The notes: generated by a model not told the origin, from the sequence alone. DNA of 64,000 nucleotides from the human T2T-CHM13v2.0 reference genome, Homo sapiens (GCF_009914755.1 NC_060936.1), one strand, 5' to 3'. Numbered from the stretch's first letter, positions 1 through 13,400 are shown. A program made the numbers and translations.

Positions 1-1998
1 TGGCCTCTGTTCTCTGCAGTGAGCGTGGCTGCAGTGCTGGCTGGGGGTGTGTGGGCACAGGGGCTGCGCCTGGAGCCGGAGATGTCGGAGGCCTCTCCTC
101 CTCGGTGTGGGCACCCACCCCATGCTGTCTGTTCTCTAGAATGTTCACTCAGCAGCACTTGTGAGCCCTGTCTGGGGCTGAGCAGGGGGCAGGACAGATG
201 GACATTCTGGTGGGGGTCAGACGGGACAGGAAACTGCCTTGTGCTTGGTGTGACTGTGGCCGGGGTGGGGAGGGAGCTGGAGGGTGGGTCTGTGGATGGG
301 AGGAGGGGCCGGCAGAAATCTTTATATTTTTTTGAAAGCAGAGTAACACTAGAGCAGGTTTACAGAAAATGTGGTAAATTTAAACAATTTGCCCTTGACA
401 CATGCGTCCTTCTGGCCAGCTGTGAGCACTGTGGCAATGGGGAGAGGTGTGGAGCGGGCCTGGGGGAGCGTCTGTGCCCCGAGGGTACCACCCGGTCCCG
501 CCTCCTCAGATCTGCCCTCTGCCTGTCCCCTCTGACTCTTTGCCCAGTAGAAAGACAAATCCCAGCACAGTGGTGCCCTGCGTGGCAGGCTGCCCTTGCA
601 GGTTTCCTAGTTACTGTGAAAGGTAACACCTTGATTTGTTCCTGCTTTTGATCCAGCGCTGCAAACAGCCGTTCTCTGGGCTGCAGCCTTTGATTCATCC
701 AGGCTGAGACCCTCAGAGCTCACTGGGAACCGTTTCTGCAGTGTTAGCAGATTGCGTCCACAGCTGCCTGGGATGGGCAGCCCTGACAGATCCTGGGTGG
801 GCGAGCAGGAACTCTGGAGGCCATGGGCTCTCGGGCTTGTGCAGGAGCAGGCCGCTCACAGCAGGGCTCTGGGCCTTGAGTGGTGGCTCTGCAGAGAGCA
901 TATGGCGGGAGCTGGGCCTCGGGGAGGCAAGGAGTCTTCCTGGAGCCGGAAACAGCAAAGAGTTGGAGTGACAGGATCAGCCCTCGTGGGCAGGGGGCCC
1001 GGAAACGCTGCTGGGCCTCTCAGGGCCTCCAGCTCAGACTGGTGGGGGTGGCGCTTGTGTCATGGGGCGGGCGCCCAGCCGGAGAGGGCGTGGCCGGCAC
1101 CACCATGGCTCTTGTCTCTGTCGTCTGCCCTTACCGGAGGGACAGCCAAGGTCCTTCTCCCCAGGGACACCATGGCTCTATGCGGGGGCAGGTCCTCCTC
1201 GGGGACACTGTGGCCCTCCGTGGGGGCGGATCCTCCCCAGTGGCTTCCCAGGGTCCTTGGCAGCAGCTCTGACATGGGTTCTGTCCTGGGCTTCACTGCT
1301 GCTGTTTTCCTCACAGCTGTGCCCTCCCCGAGAGGATTCTGTCCTTTCGTGGACGCTTCTCCCTGGCCGGCTGGCTCCTCTGGACCCTAAACTTGACGCG
1401 CCGTATCTGTCTGCACCAGCCCTGGTGCCAGGAGCTGAGCCAGCATACAGAAGGTGCTTACTAGTGGTTTATCGAGTGTGGAGGTGGGGACCCCAGAACC
1501 TGGGGCTGCCCGATGTCCACCGGCAGGGCGGAGGCTGGAGTGTCCTGGGGCTGTCCGCAGGCTAGAAGGTGCTCTGAAGGAGTCGAGATGGGACGAGAGG
1601 GGACCAGGGGAGGCCAGCAGGTTTACAGGGGGCCTGGGGGTGTCCCCAGGGTCTGGTAGCCCAAAGGTGAACACGGGGAATCATCTCTGTCCCAAATCCA
1701 CAGACCCGTCTGGGAGCACTGGCCAGAACCCCTCAGGCCCTCTGGAATATGGTGTCACCTGGGGGAGCACTTCCTGTGGGCTGTCACCTGGGGGAGCACT
1801 TCTTGTGGGGCCTGGGTGTCCCCTGGAGAGGCTCCTGTGGTCCCTGGCCCCCACTGCAGGGCACTCGCTCTTGAAAGGTAGCCCTGGTCTCAGCAGGGAG
1901 GGGCAGTCCTGGGCAGCCCTGGGCTGGCCTCCTGTGAAGCTTACTGGAGACTCCCTGCTGGACTAAGCTTTTTCTCGTCTGGCCCCTTCGATGGCTGA

Positions 1999-2619
<621 letters not shown>

Positions 2620-3230
2620 TGACGTGCCCAGGGCCACAGCAGGAGAGGTGCCTGTCTGGGGCAGCAAGGCGCGCGTTCCGGGCTGGGGCGCCAAGCTGAT
2701 AGGCCGGCCCCGTTTCCCTGCCGTGTCCATCAGGCTCCGCCGACTACAGGTGTCCAGAGTGTCTATAAGGAGGGGGTCCAGGCTCATTGCCGAGGGCTGT
2801 CCTGTCCACACGCAGCGCCATCCGCTCACGTGTGCGGCGTGGGGAAGGGAATACTTGGTCCCGGCAGTGGCTGCAGGCACGTGACTGTGGTCAGTGGTCA
2901 GGTGCGTGGCCCAGCTGGGAACAGGGCTCTGCCTGCCCTGCCCAGGGGCCTCCTGCCCAGGAGGGGCTGTCAGAGCAGGTGGGGGCTTCCCCAGCGCGTG
3001 GGGCTCTGTCCTGGGTGCAGCTCAGCCTGCAGCTGCTTCCTCCGCGGGGGTCCGCTGGTGTGCGCCTTCCTTCCAGGGTGGGGCTCTGCGCGGTGTCCTC
3101 GGCTCTCCTCGGCCCCCTTGGGAATTGGGCTGCTGGAGAAGGGCAGCATGCCTCCTGGGCCCGGGCTGGACGGGGGTTCCGCGGGCGGTGACACCTGCCC
3201 AGGTGGACACGTGCTCTTTCTTCCATGCAG

Positions 3231-4511
3231 GTGTGCTCCCCAGAAGGGGGGCCGCTCCCAGCCAGCCACTGGGACCAGAACGGCCCGGCCCAGCGCCAGC
3301 AACAGCTCCAGCCCAGCCAGTCCAGCCAGCCCCAGGGGTCCCTCCCAGCCCCGTCGGCACTCCCGGACCCTGGGCAGCCCTGCCAGCCCTCCCAGCGGCC
3401 ACTCCTGGGTCAGCGCAGCTGGCCCCAGCGGTCACTTCTGGGCCTGAAACAGCCCTGCCAGCCCCGGCGGTCACTTCTGGGCCCCGGTCAGCCCTGCCGG
3501 CCCCAGCGGCTCCTTCCATCCCCAGATCAGCTCTGCCAGCCCCAGCGGTCACGCCCGGCCCAGCCCTGCCGGCCGCATTGGGCACTCCCAGGCCCCAGGC
3601 AGTGCTGCAGGCGCCTGCGGTCCCTGCTGACCCCGTGTCACCACTGCCGGCGCCTGCGGTCCCTCCTGGCCCCACGGTCCCTCCTGGTCCCCTGCCTCTA
3701 CTGCCGGCGCCTGCGGTTCCTCCTGGCCCCAAGGCACCGCTGCAGGCGCCTGCGGTCCCTGCTGACCCTGTGGCACCGCTGCCGACCCCTGCGGCCGTGG
3801 GCCAGCCCGTGTCACTGTGGCCAGCCCGGTAGGGCATCCTCAGGACAGCGCAGCCGGCCCCTGTGGTCGCTGCTAGCCCAGTGCCAGCGGTACCAGCCCC
3901 CGCGGCCACTCCTCACCCTCCGACCACGCCGACGGCCCGCCAGCTTCCTCCCAGGACAGTGCTGCTGCCCCCGGCGGGCCTTCCTAGCCCCGTGTCAGTA
4001 CGGCCAGCCCCGAAGGTCCCTGCTGGGCCAGCCCAGCCGCCCCCGGCGGTCGCTGCTGCGCCCCAGGCAGCCCCAGCGGTTAGTGGAAGCCCCAGAGCAG
4101 CCCGGCCCACTCACGCCTTCACTCCTGGGCCCGGGACGGCCGAGGCAGCAGAAGCAGCCGCTCATGGGCCCGGAGCAGCCCTGCCCACCCAAGCGGCCGC
4201 TCATGGGCCCAGAGCAGCCCTGCCAGCCCCTGCGGCCGCTCATGGGCCCCAACAAGCCCTGCAAACCCCAGCCGTTGCTCCCCATTCCCGATCGCCCTTC
4301 ACTCCTGGGGCAGCCGGGCCCACCCTGCCGGCCTCTCCTGGGGCTCCTGTGCCAGCCGCGGCGGTCCCTATTGGATCTGGTGCCGGCCCGTCAGCCCCGG
4401 CTCTCGCTCCTGGCCCTGGGCCATCCCTGCCGGCCCCTGCGGTCCCGGTGGACCCGATCCTGTGCCCCCGGGATGGCCCGTCAGGCCCCATCTGTGAGCC
4501 CTGGAGCCTGA
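3231..4511 (+). CDS. FBRSL1: FBRSL1 alternative terminal exon 3a, frame A (426 aa, Pro/Gln/Arg/Leu/Cys-rich), short N-terminal isoform
   Basis: Strong acceptor ctctttcttccatgcag|GTG in phase 0 with exon 2. Frame open to TGA 4509-4511, poly(A) signals at ~5975-5989. Short FBRSL1 isoforms with an alternative exon 3 are published (from recall: Ufartes et al. 2020). Confidence 0.8.
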   Translation: MCSPEGGPLPASHWDQNGPAQRQQQLQPSQSSQPQGSLPAPSALPDPGQPCQPSQRPLLGQRSWPQRSLLGLKQPCQPRRSLLGPGQPCRPQRLLPSPDQLCQPQRSRPAQPCRPHWALPGPRQCCRRLRSLLTPCHHCRRLRSLLAPRSLLVPCLYCRRLRFLLAPRHRCRRLRSLLTLWHRCRPLRPWASPCHCGQPGRASSGQRSRPLWSLLAQCQRYQPPRPLLTLRPRRRPASFLPGQCCCPRRAFLAPCQYGQPRRSLLGQPSRPRRSLLRPRQPQRLVEAPEQPGPLTPSLLGPGRPRQQKQPLMGPEQPCPPKRPLMGPEQPCQPLRPLMGPNKPCKPQPLLPIPDRPSLLGQPGPPCRPLLGLLCQPRRSLLDLVPARQPRLSLLALGHPCRPLRSRWTRSCAPGMARQAPSVSPGA

Positions 4512-5974
4512 TGCCTGCAGGCACCTCCCCATATGGGTTTTCCAGCCCACTCCAGTGTGATCTGCACCCTGGCAGGGCCCCAAGGGCCAAGGCCGCATTG
4601 CCCTTCGGGCTGGAGATGCTTTGCCGGACTAGCCTGAGGCCTTGTCTAGACAGGGCTGAGCTGTTTGTCGTTGGAAATTGAGGCTCGGCCAGAGGCGGGA
4701 GCCCCTACAGTGCCACGATCAGGCTGAGGCTCACCACACCAGGAAGAGAGATGAACCCGCGTCTGCCTGCCGCCCCGCCATGCTCCCTCTCCCCCCACTG
4801 GCGTCACAGTGCCCCCACCCGCGTTGCTGCCTGTGGTGTGCGTGCCCTGGGAGGGGAACACAGCCCCTGAGGGCGGGGACCTTGCTGGGGGCCCCTCAGC
4901 GTCTTTCTGTGCCTCTGAATTGCCAATACTGTCCTTGCATCTCTGAGTCTACGTGCACGCTTGCCCCTGGCGTGCCACCTGTGCGGAGCGCGTGAGCCTG
5001 GTGTGTGCGTGCTGTGTGTGCATGTGTGCGAGAGGGTGTGAGAGTGAGTGGCGTGCTGGGCATGAAGGATCTGTGGGGTGCTGCAGTTCCTGCAGAGTGG
5101 CCCAGTGGCGAATGGTGAAGGTGTGGGTTTCAGTCCAGGCCCTCCCCCTGGTAGTCAGGAGGTGCTGGTGTCCACCTCCAGGGCCCCCAAGCTACAGGGG
5201 GCACATGGGCCCATCTGGTGGGTCAGGACCTGCAGGGGACCCGGAGGCTCCCACCCCCACCTCTCAGGACTCTGCCTCCACCACCCCCGTGGGCATGCAC
5301 TGAAGGGTTGCCTGCAGGGTCTCCAGGCGAGGGGGACCCCACAGGGTGGGCAGCGCCTTCTCCCGGCTTCCCCACAGTCCCCTGCAGCGTCCCGTCTGGC
5401 TGTTGACCTACATGTGGTCGGGCACACCTCACACTACAAGGCTACCCCTGGGCCCATCCCTGCCCCTTCCACGGCCCCCACCTGTGGTCAGGTGTTGCCA
5501 CCCCCTCAGGACCTGGTCTCAAGGCAGCCCCACTCGAGTCTTCTGGAGTCCAAGGCACGCCACTCGCCCAAAAGGGAGGGGGTGTTTGGGGGGGCTTTGA
5601 CTGTCTCCAGACCTCAGGGGAGCTGGGCAGGCTCTAACCAGTGGTCCTCCAGAGAGCAGCGTTGACCACCTGGACCCCTGCGCCACGTGACAGGAGGCTC
5701 TGGTCCTGCAGGCCTGGTCTTGCCCAGCTGGGCCGCCTCAGGTGTCAGGAAGGGGATGGGTGTCCCTGGCTCCCAGGCCAGGCAGCTGCTGACCTCCAGC
5801 ACCCCGCACTTGCTCATGAGGACCCCACCCCCGCAGGCCCTCCCGGGTCCTGACCAGCCTCTGGTGCAGCATCTGCTTTGGCCTCCGGGCCCCCTCGCTC
5901 CCCACCCACCCGGGCCCCTTCCTCCGGTGCTCACCTGGGGCCTCCATCCCAGAAGCGCAGGGCTTATTTTTCTG

Positions 5975-5989
5975 ATTAAAGAAAATAAA
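5975..5989 (+). terminator. Intronic polyadenylation signal (ATTAAA 5975-5980, AATAAA 5984-5989) for the short isoform
   Basis: Tandem hexamers in an AT-rich island, with U-rich flanks (cttatttttc upstream; tattttttat, gtttgtaattt, tgtgtctt downstream). Confidence 0.7.
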
Positions 5990-8835
5990 AAGTGCCGTGC
6001 CACTATTTTTTATAACAGCATCAGCGTTTGTAATTTAAACAGACGAGCATGTGTCTTACGTGATTTATTCCCACAAAGGGCTTTTGTGCTGGGCTTGGCT
6101 CGGGATTCATTGCACTCTGACCGAACAGAGGGGAGACCTGGAGCATCTGTTCCTGACCTTCCTGCCCACCCATCTGAGGCCTGGAATGGGGGTTTGTACT
6201 GTGCTCAGCATGGGGGCACCGGCCTCCAGATCCCCCCACCGCAAGGCTACTGTGTGGGCCAGTGTGACAGGGGTCGAGACCCCCCTCTCGGCTCATGCCT
6301 GGGGGGCACCCATCCCCGGGATCAGTGTCCTGGGGACTGGTGAGGGAGGGTGGTTCAGCTCAGAGTCCTCTGCATGGCCTGGGCACGCGTGAGGGAGCAT
6401 GGTTCAGCCCAGCATCCTCTGCACAGCCTGTCAGGTGCTTGTGTTCTGCTCACGGAAGGCCGGGGCATGGAGGGGCCGAGTCCTGGCTGCAGCGCCCTGG
6501 CTGAGCTCCAGGCTGGACCTGGCACACTTGGGGTGCGGGCTTGGAGGGCGGTGCCATCTCAGAGTCACCCACACAAGCCATTGCCCCGCAGAGGGGCTGA
6601 AGTTGCCTTCAGACGTCCCTGTTGTCAGGCGTGGGGAACAGTGATGATTTAAACAGTCTCCTGCCCTCTTTCCACTTTCAGGCCCCTGCCCCTACCCCCG
6701 GGCTCCTGTGAGTACAGAGGGGGCCGAGTGAGTAGAGCCATGTCTGGGGCAGGCCTGAACGGGCTGAGGGAGTGGGGAGGGGCCATCCATGCTGGAGCTG
6801 AGCAGTGGCACTTGGCTGCCCCTTAATGGGGAAGGCCAGGCTGCCAGGGAGGGCTGAGGAGAGCTGGAAACTGCAGCCTGGGTCCCCGTGGCCAACAGCT
6901 GGGGGTGCAGAGGACACCCGTGGAGGAAACATTCAGGACCCAGAGGGGCTCTCGAGGCCTGGCCATGACCCTGCAGCCTCCAGCTCGAACCCACTGTCTG
7001 CACTGGCTTGCGGTCGGGGTGCCGCCATGGGGAGGGCAGAGACACCAGGGCGCTATGGTGCTGGACATCCATGTTGTGTCCTGGGGCCCGCGCCCTGGTG
7101 GGGACACTGCTGCCAGGCGTCGCCCTGGGAAATGCAGATTTCGTGTGGCCAGATCTTTGATGTTTCTGAAGAGCTGGGAATCCAGGTTTCTCTGGATTTG
7201 GCAATGTTGAAATGTTGGTGGTCAATTCTAATTTTTATGACTCACTTTGCTGACCAGAAGATGCAGCTGTGGGCCTGCGAGGCCTCCGGCAAGTGGGATT
7301 TGGCTCCCATCACAGGCAGCAGATTGGAGCCTGAGGCCTGGTTGGAACATGGCTTGTTCCCTTGTTTCTGGAAGGGGTTGGTACTCAGTGGGGCTGCGCC
7401 TGCCCAGGAAGATGGGCTTGTGTCCTGGCTGCTGTAGAGGGGGTGGGGGCAGCCCAGCCTGAAGGTTGAGGATGGAGGTGTCTTCCGGGGGGTGACAGTG
7501 GGGATCTGGGGGAGGCTGCCCGCTGCCCGACTACAGAGACCCTGTTGCTGCCTCAGGAACCCCTCTGGAGACTGGGGCCTGCGTGCAGTGCTTTAGTGAC
7601 CATCAGCCCTCTGGTCACCTCTGTGGGGGCCTCTGCCCACCTTGTTGTTGTTGGCACAGGCAGGCTGGTCCCCTCCCATCTGCAGAAGGGGTTATGGGGA
7701 GGGCGTGAGCCTTCTGGGAGAGGCCGAGGCGTGTTCCTGCAGAGCCCACGGCAGACGAGGGCAGTGGTTGGTTTGTTGTTGGGGGAGGAGAAGGGGAGGT
7801 CGGGGTGGATTCCTGGAAGATGGGTGACACTGAGACTGTGGCGGTGGGGCCAACCCCACGAGGGGCCTGGAGCTCTAAGGCCCTTGGGTCCTCCCCAGGT
7901 CAGGCCAAGTCCATGAGCCATCGCTGAGCAGCCCCCAGGGAGGGAGGGGTGTGAGCGTGGGTGGGCTCCCGGCACCTGGCCCAGCATCCACGCCTGGTGT
8001 GTGGGCATCTGCCTGCAGACCCTCGTCCGAGGGCCCCGTCTCTCTGGACCCCTCACTGCAGGTGAATAGCCACAGTCCCTCCCCCAGGCCCTGCCCTGCG
8101 TGTTGGAAACACCACCTCCTGGGCCTTCCCCGTTTGCTCATTCGGGATCCTTGTCTGGGCACTGAGGACGATGAGCTCCGCCTCTGTTCTCGCGTCAGGG
8201 CTCGGCTCCTCCGTGTGTGGGGAGACAGGCTGGGATAGCATGCTGGGCGACTGTGGTGAGGGCAAAGACGCAGAGGGCATGAGTGGGGGGCTGGGGGGGC
8301 ACCTGGATGTTCAGAGGCCAGAAGGCAGGACTACCCGCAGGTGCCCAAGGGAGACCCAGGGCCGCCCAGAAGTCCAGGGGGAGTCCTGGGGCCTCGGAGG
8401 GATCTGAGCAGGGCTGCGGCCTGACCCAGGATCTCTCTGGCCTCCCTGGCGTCTTCCCAGGTGGCCCAGGACCGCAGTACCAGACTGAGCTGGACTGGCA
8501 TTGACCAGGCCGAGGCCACCGGCCATCCTCCTCCGGCCAGAAGCTGCAGTGATAGGGGACATCCCTAGCAGTTCACAAAGCTGTGGGGAGACCCCGAGGG
8601 GGAAGGGTTTCCATGCTGAGCCACAGGCCCGGCCACGGTGCAAAGCTGTGGGGGGACTCCGAGGAAGAAGGGTTTTCATGCTGAGCCACAGTCCCGGCCA
8701 TGGTGCAGGGATTTGGCACGAAGCCTCTCCTAGGGCCGGTACACGACCTAGAGGGCTCCCTGGTGTACCCTGGGACCTGGCAGAGTGCAGCTTCTCATCC
8801 AGCAGGGGTGGGTAGGGCCCTGGACTCTCCTAGGG

Positions 8836-9095
8836 CAGCACTGTTTAATAGGAGTGTTATGTGAGCCACATATAGAGTTAAGAAGAAATAAGTAAAATTC
8901 ATTTTAATGAAGTATTGCGTTTCACTCCATGTACTTTGAAAATAGTATTTCAACAATGTAATCTATATAAAAATTGTCACATCTTTTTTACTCTTTTTTT
9001 TGTAGAGTCTGGGAAAGCCAGCAGGTGTTTTACATTTACAACACTTGAGTTTAGACTGGCAGCTTCTGCGCCCAATAACCACAAGGCTGACAACA
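8836..9095. mobile_element. MER33-like hAT-Charlie DNA transposon fossil
   Basis: cagcactgtttaatag...gagccacata...tattttcaacaatgtaatc-like...ttttacatttacaacac...aataaccaca follows the MER33 consensus as I recall it. Confidence 0.7.
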
Positions 9096-9588
9096 GGGAG
9101 GTGTGGGGGGTCCAGAACAATATACCCTCTGTGAGTGCTTATCTCATGCCCATGCTGTTCCCAGGCGCCTGCTGTCTGTCTCCTCATCCTCTACCTCATC
9201 GGCTCTATGGTTTGAGGCCAGACCTCATGCATCAGGCCAGAGTGTCCTGCCGAGACCCAGGATGCACCCCTCACTTGGCACAGACAAACCAGACACACCA
9301 GCTTCTGTCTTTCCCCATTTCAGTGGGTGAACCTGGAACCACCCAGAGGACTGGGCTAGAAGTTGACAGTCATTCTCCTCTCCTCACTCCCCTGTCCTCC
9401 CACCCAGCACACCCAGCCAGGCAGGTCCTTAGCTTCCACCTCCTGAATCTCTGACCTGAATTTCACTAGAAAATAAGGAATACTACGTCAAAATTTATGG
9501 GATGCAGCTAAAGCAATCCTTAAAGGAAAACTAGCTTGTGCTTATATGGGAAAAGAAGAAAGGTCTAGAATCTTAAGGTTTTACCTTA

Positions 9589-10188
<600 letters not shown>

Positions 10189-10255
10189 TTAGGTGAAGTG
10201 GGCAAATTACTTGGAAAACAAAACTGACACAAGATGAAATAGATAATCCGAATAG

Positions 10256-10547
<292 letters not shown>

Positions 10548-10689
10548 TAGATAATCTGAAGAGTCTTACATCTGTTAGATGGAGTTTCTGGATGTCCACG
10601 TTTTCTGTCTTCAGTGCCACCTCCCCCAGCCTGCTCAGCACCCTGTCGCCAGCCTAGCCTAACACTTGAAGTCTTTTCTGATCGTACCA

Positions 10690-10856
10690 GGCACATTTCC
10701 ACCAGTTAACATGCATCAGCTTGTTTAACTGCAACCCTGTAACTATTCCCATTTGCCGGATGAGGATGCTGAAGAAAAAAAGCCGCCTGTAAATAACTTG
10801 CCCAAGGTTCACACAGTGAGCAGCTGGACCAGGATTCAAGCCCAGCGGCTTGGCTT
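10690..10856 (-). mobile_element. MIR
   Basis: cccatttgccggatgaggatgctga...aacttgcccaaggttcacacag...ggattcaagcccag is the reverse MIR core. Confidence 0.75.
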
Positions 10857-10892
10857 TGTTGTGGAATCTGTACCCTGGGCCATTACCTGGAG

Positions 10893-11005
10893 GGCAGCTT
10901 TCTGGGCCTCAGTTTTCCTGTCTGTAAAACGGGGATGTTACTAAATAGTTCATTTGTTTTCGGGTTGTTGAGATGATAAAATGAGCTAACATGCAAGGTT
11001 TGTAC
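10893..11005 (+). mobile_element. MIR
   Basis: gggcctcagttttcctgtctgtaaaacggggat...gggttgttgag...aaatgagctaacatgcaa matches the MIR core. Confidence 0.75.
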
Positions 11006-11539
11006 TGTCTACATAGCTGCCATGATGATATCGATTCCTGCTTTTATTATTATGAATTCTCAGAGTAATTTCTCCCGCCTCCTGGGCTCAGCCTGGCTGG
11101 TTTGAGGCCCAGACGCTAGAGGCTTATCTTTGTCCCGGTTGCCAGGCAAGGGTCCTCCTGTGCAGGGCCTGTGGAGAGAGGCACTCAGTTAATCAGTGCC
11201 TTAGACACTGGGCCTGGGCCTGCCACCTGCAGGGAGCAGCAGGCTGGGTCACAGGGTCCTAGAGCTTCCTCCCACCTGACAGGGCCCTCCTACAAACCAA
11301 GAGTTGGTCCAGGGGAAGGGGCCACTCAGGAGGGCTGGGGGCCACGCCGGCCAGGGTGCTGTTAGGTGGGAGTGGAAGAGGAAGGCTGAGCACCTGGGCC
11401 TAGCAGGCACTGCTCCCCACAGCCTGGGGCTAGCCGTTCCGGGGCGAGCATGGCCACCTCTGCTTTCCCAGCCTCACTCTGGTCGGGAAGGCTCTTCCGA
11501 CTGGCATCCATTTTGTACTTTTGGTCATTCCGCCCCTGT

Positions 11540-12010
11540 TCTGGGCCTGGGGCTGCAGTGACAAACAAGACAAGTGACCGTGCTGCCCTCGAGAAGTTAA
11601 ACTATAACTGGGACAACAGCAGAGCGGGTGGAGACTGTTCTGAGTGTGAGCACAGCTGTGCCTGGGAAGGAGAGAAGGCACCGTTAGACCAGGCGGTCAG
11701 GGAAGAGCGCTCTGGGTAGAGGGTGTAGCCACCCAGGCCTCTGGTGGCGTGTGCCTGAGGAGCCGAGCGGGCATGGGGTGGGCAGACAGGGCTAAGGAGG
11801 GGCCTGGTCTCATACAGAGGGAAACCACTGAGGGTTTTAAGCCAGGGAACAACGTGAGCTCCTGTGTTTTTACAAACTCGTGGGGGAGGCAGCACGGTTG
11901 TGGGGGTGGTGGCGCCTGTCGGGAGGCTGCTGCAGCCGTTCAGGAGGGGGTGGCAGTGGCTTGAATTAGGTCATTCTTCTGTTGGACAGGGCGCCAACTG
12001 AGCAAGACCA
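11540..12010 (-). mobile_element. L2 fragment(s)
   Basis: ctgcagtgacaaacaagaca...tgccctc and ccactgagggttttaagccagggaacaac resemble the antisense L2 3' region. Confidence 0.55.
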
Positions 12011-12261
12011 AGTGATGCAGCCCAGGCGGCAAATGTGGTGGAGCCAGGAGTCCAGTGGCCCCAACTCCAGAGCTGGCGGCACACACCTGCTGGAGTCCAC
12101 TCTGACACAGCATAGCTGCTGTTCCCACCCCTCCTCCGGCACACAGGACTGCACAGGCAGGGCCTTGCAGACACTTACCTGCACTTGCCCACACACACTA
12201 GTGTCCCCAAGAGCCTGCTGGCAACGCACTTCCTAGGCCTTAACTCAGCCAGCATCCCTCA

Positions 12262-13080
12262 TATCATCTGTAGTGTATCTCATCCATCCATCCACCCATC
12301 TGTCCATCATCCACCTGTCTGTCCATCCATCCACCCATGCATCTACCCATGCATCCATCATCCACCCATCTGTCCATCCAGCCACCCATGCATCTGTCCA
12401 TCCACCCACGCATTCATCATCCACTCATCTGTAGTGTATCTCATCCATCCATCCACCTGTCTGTCCATCCATCCACCCATGCGTCCATCATCCACCCGTC
12501 TGTAGTGTATCTCATCCATCCATCCACCCGTCTGTCCATCCATCCACCCATGTGTCCATCCACCCATCTGTCCATCCATCCACCATGCATGCATGCATCC
12601 ATCCATCCATCCACTTGTGCATCCATCCATCTACCCATCTGGCCATCCATCCACCCATCTGTCCATCCATCCACCCGTCTATCCATGCATCCACCCATCT
12701 ACCCATCTGTCCATCCACCCGTGCATCCATCCATCCACCCATCTGTCCTTCCATCCACCCATCTGTCCATCCATCCACTCAGGCATCCATCATTCACCCC
12801 ATGCATCCATCCACCCATACATCCACACATCCATCCATCCACCCATCTACCTGTCTGTCCATCCATCCACCCATGCATCCACCCATCTACCCGTCCATCC
12901 ATCCACCCATGCATCCATCATCCACCCATCTGTCCATCCAACCACCCATGCATCTATCCATCCACCCACCCACCCGTCTGTCCATCCATCCACCTGTCTG
13001 TCCATCTATCCACCCATGCACCCATTCATCTACCTGTTTGTCCATCCATCCACCCATGCATCCATCCATCCACCCATCTG
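12262..13080 (+). repeat. Degenerate (CCAT)n/(CCAC)n simple repeat, ~820 bp
   Basis: Directly visible; explains the His/Pro/Ser/Ile and MDGW ORFs. Confidence 0.97.
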
Positions 13081-13204
13081 AATCACAATAGAAGAAGGTG
13101 GAGCAGCGTACTGGAGTGTCCCGCACTGGGCGGGCAGTACCCTGCTCCCTGACACTGTGCTGACTCAGGGAACACTTGGTCTCTCCCAAACATTGCCTGA
13201 GTCC

Positions 13205-13400
13205 CTGTTTACTGTGTCTGCCTGTGCTAGGTAGGCAAGGATAAAAGACAGCCCCGCCCACTGGATGCTTACAGTCTACTGAAGAGAGACACAGAAACAA
13301 GCAACCCCACTTCTCTTTTAGAGAGACACTTAGGGGACTGTGGGAGCCTGGAGGAGCTCTTTACCTAGCCTGGTTGGCATGTGGAGTGAATGGAGTGTCA
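13205..13400 (-). mobile_element. L2 3' end fragment
   Basis: tttactgtgtctgcctgtgctaggt...aagacagccc...gcttacagtcta. Confidence 0.55.

Noticed and set aside
3022-3909. 295-aa antisense Ala/Gly ORF over exon 3a
   Set aside because: Shadow of the GC-rich 39-bp coding repeat; non-ATG start and no promoter or splice evidence.
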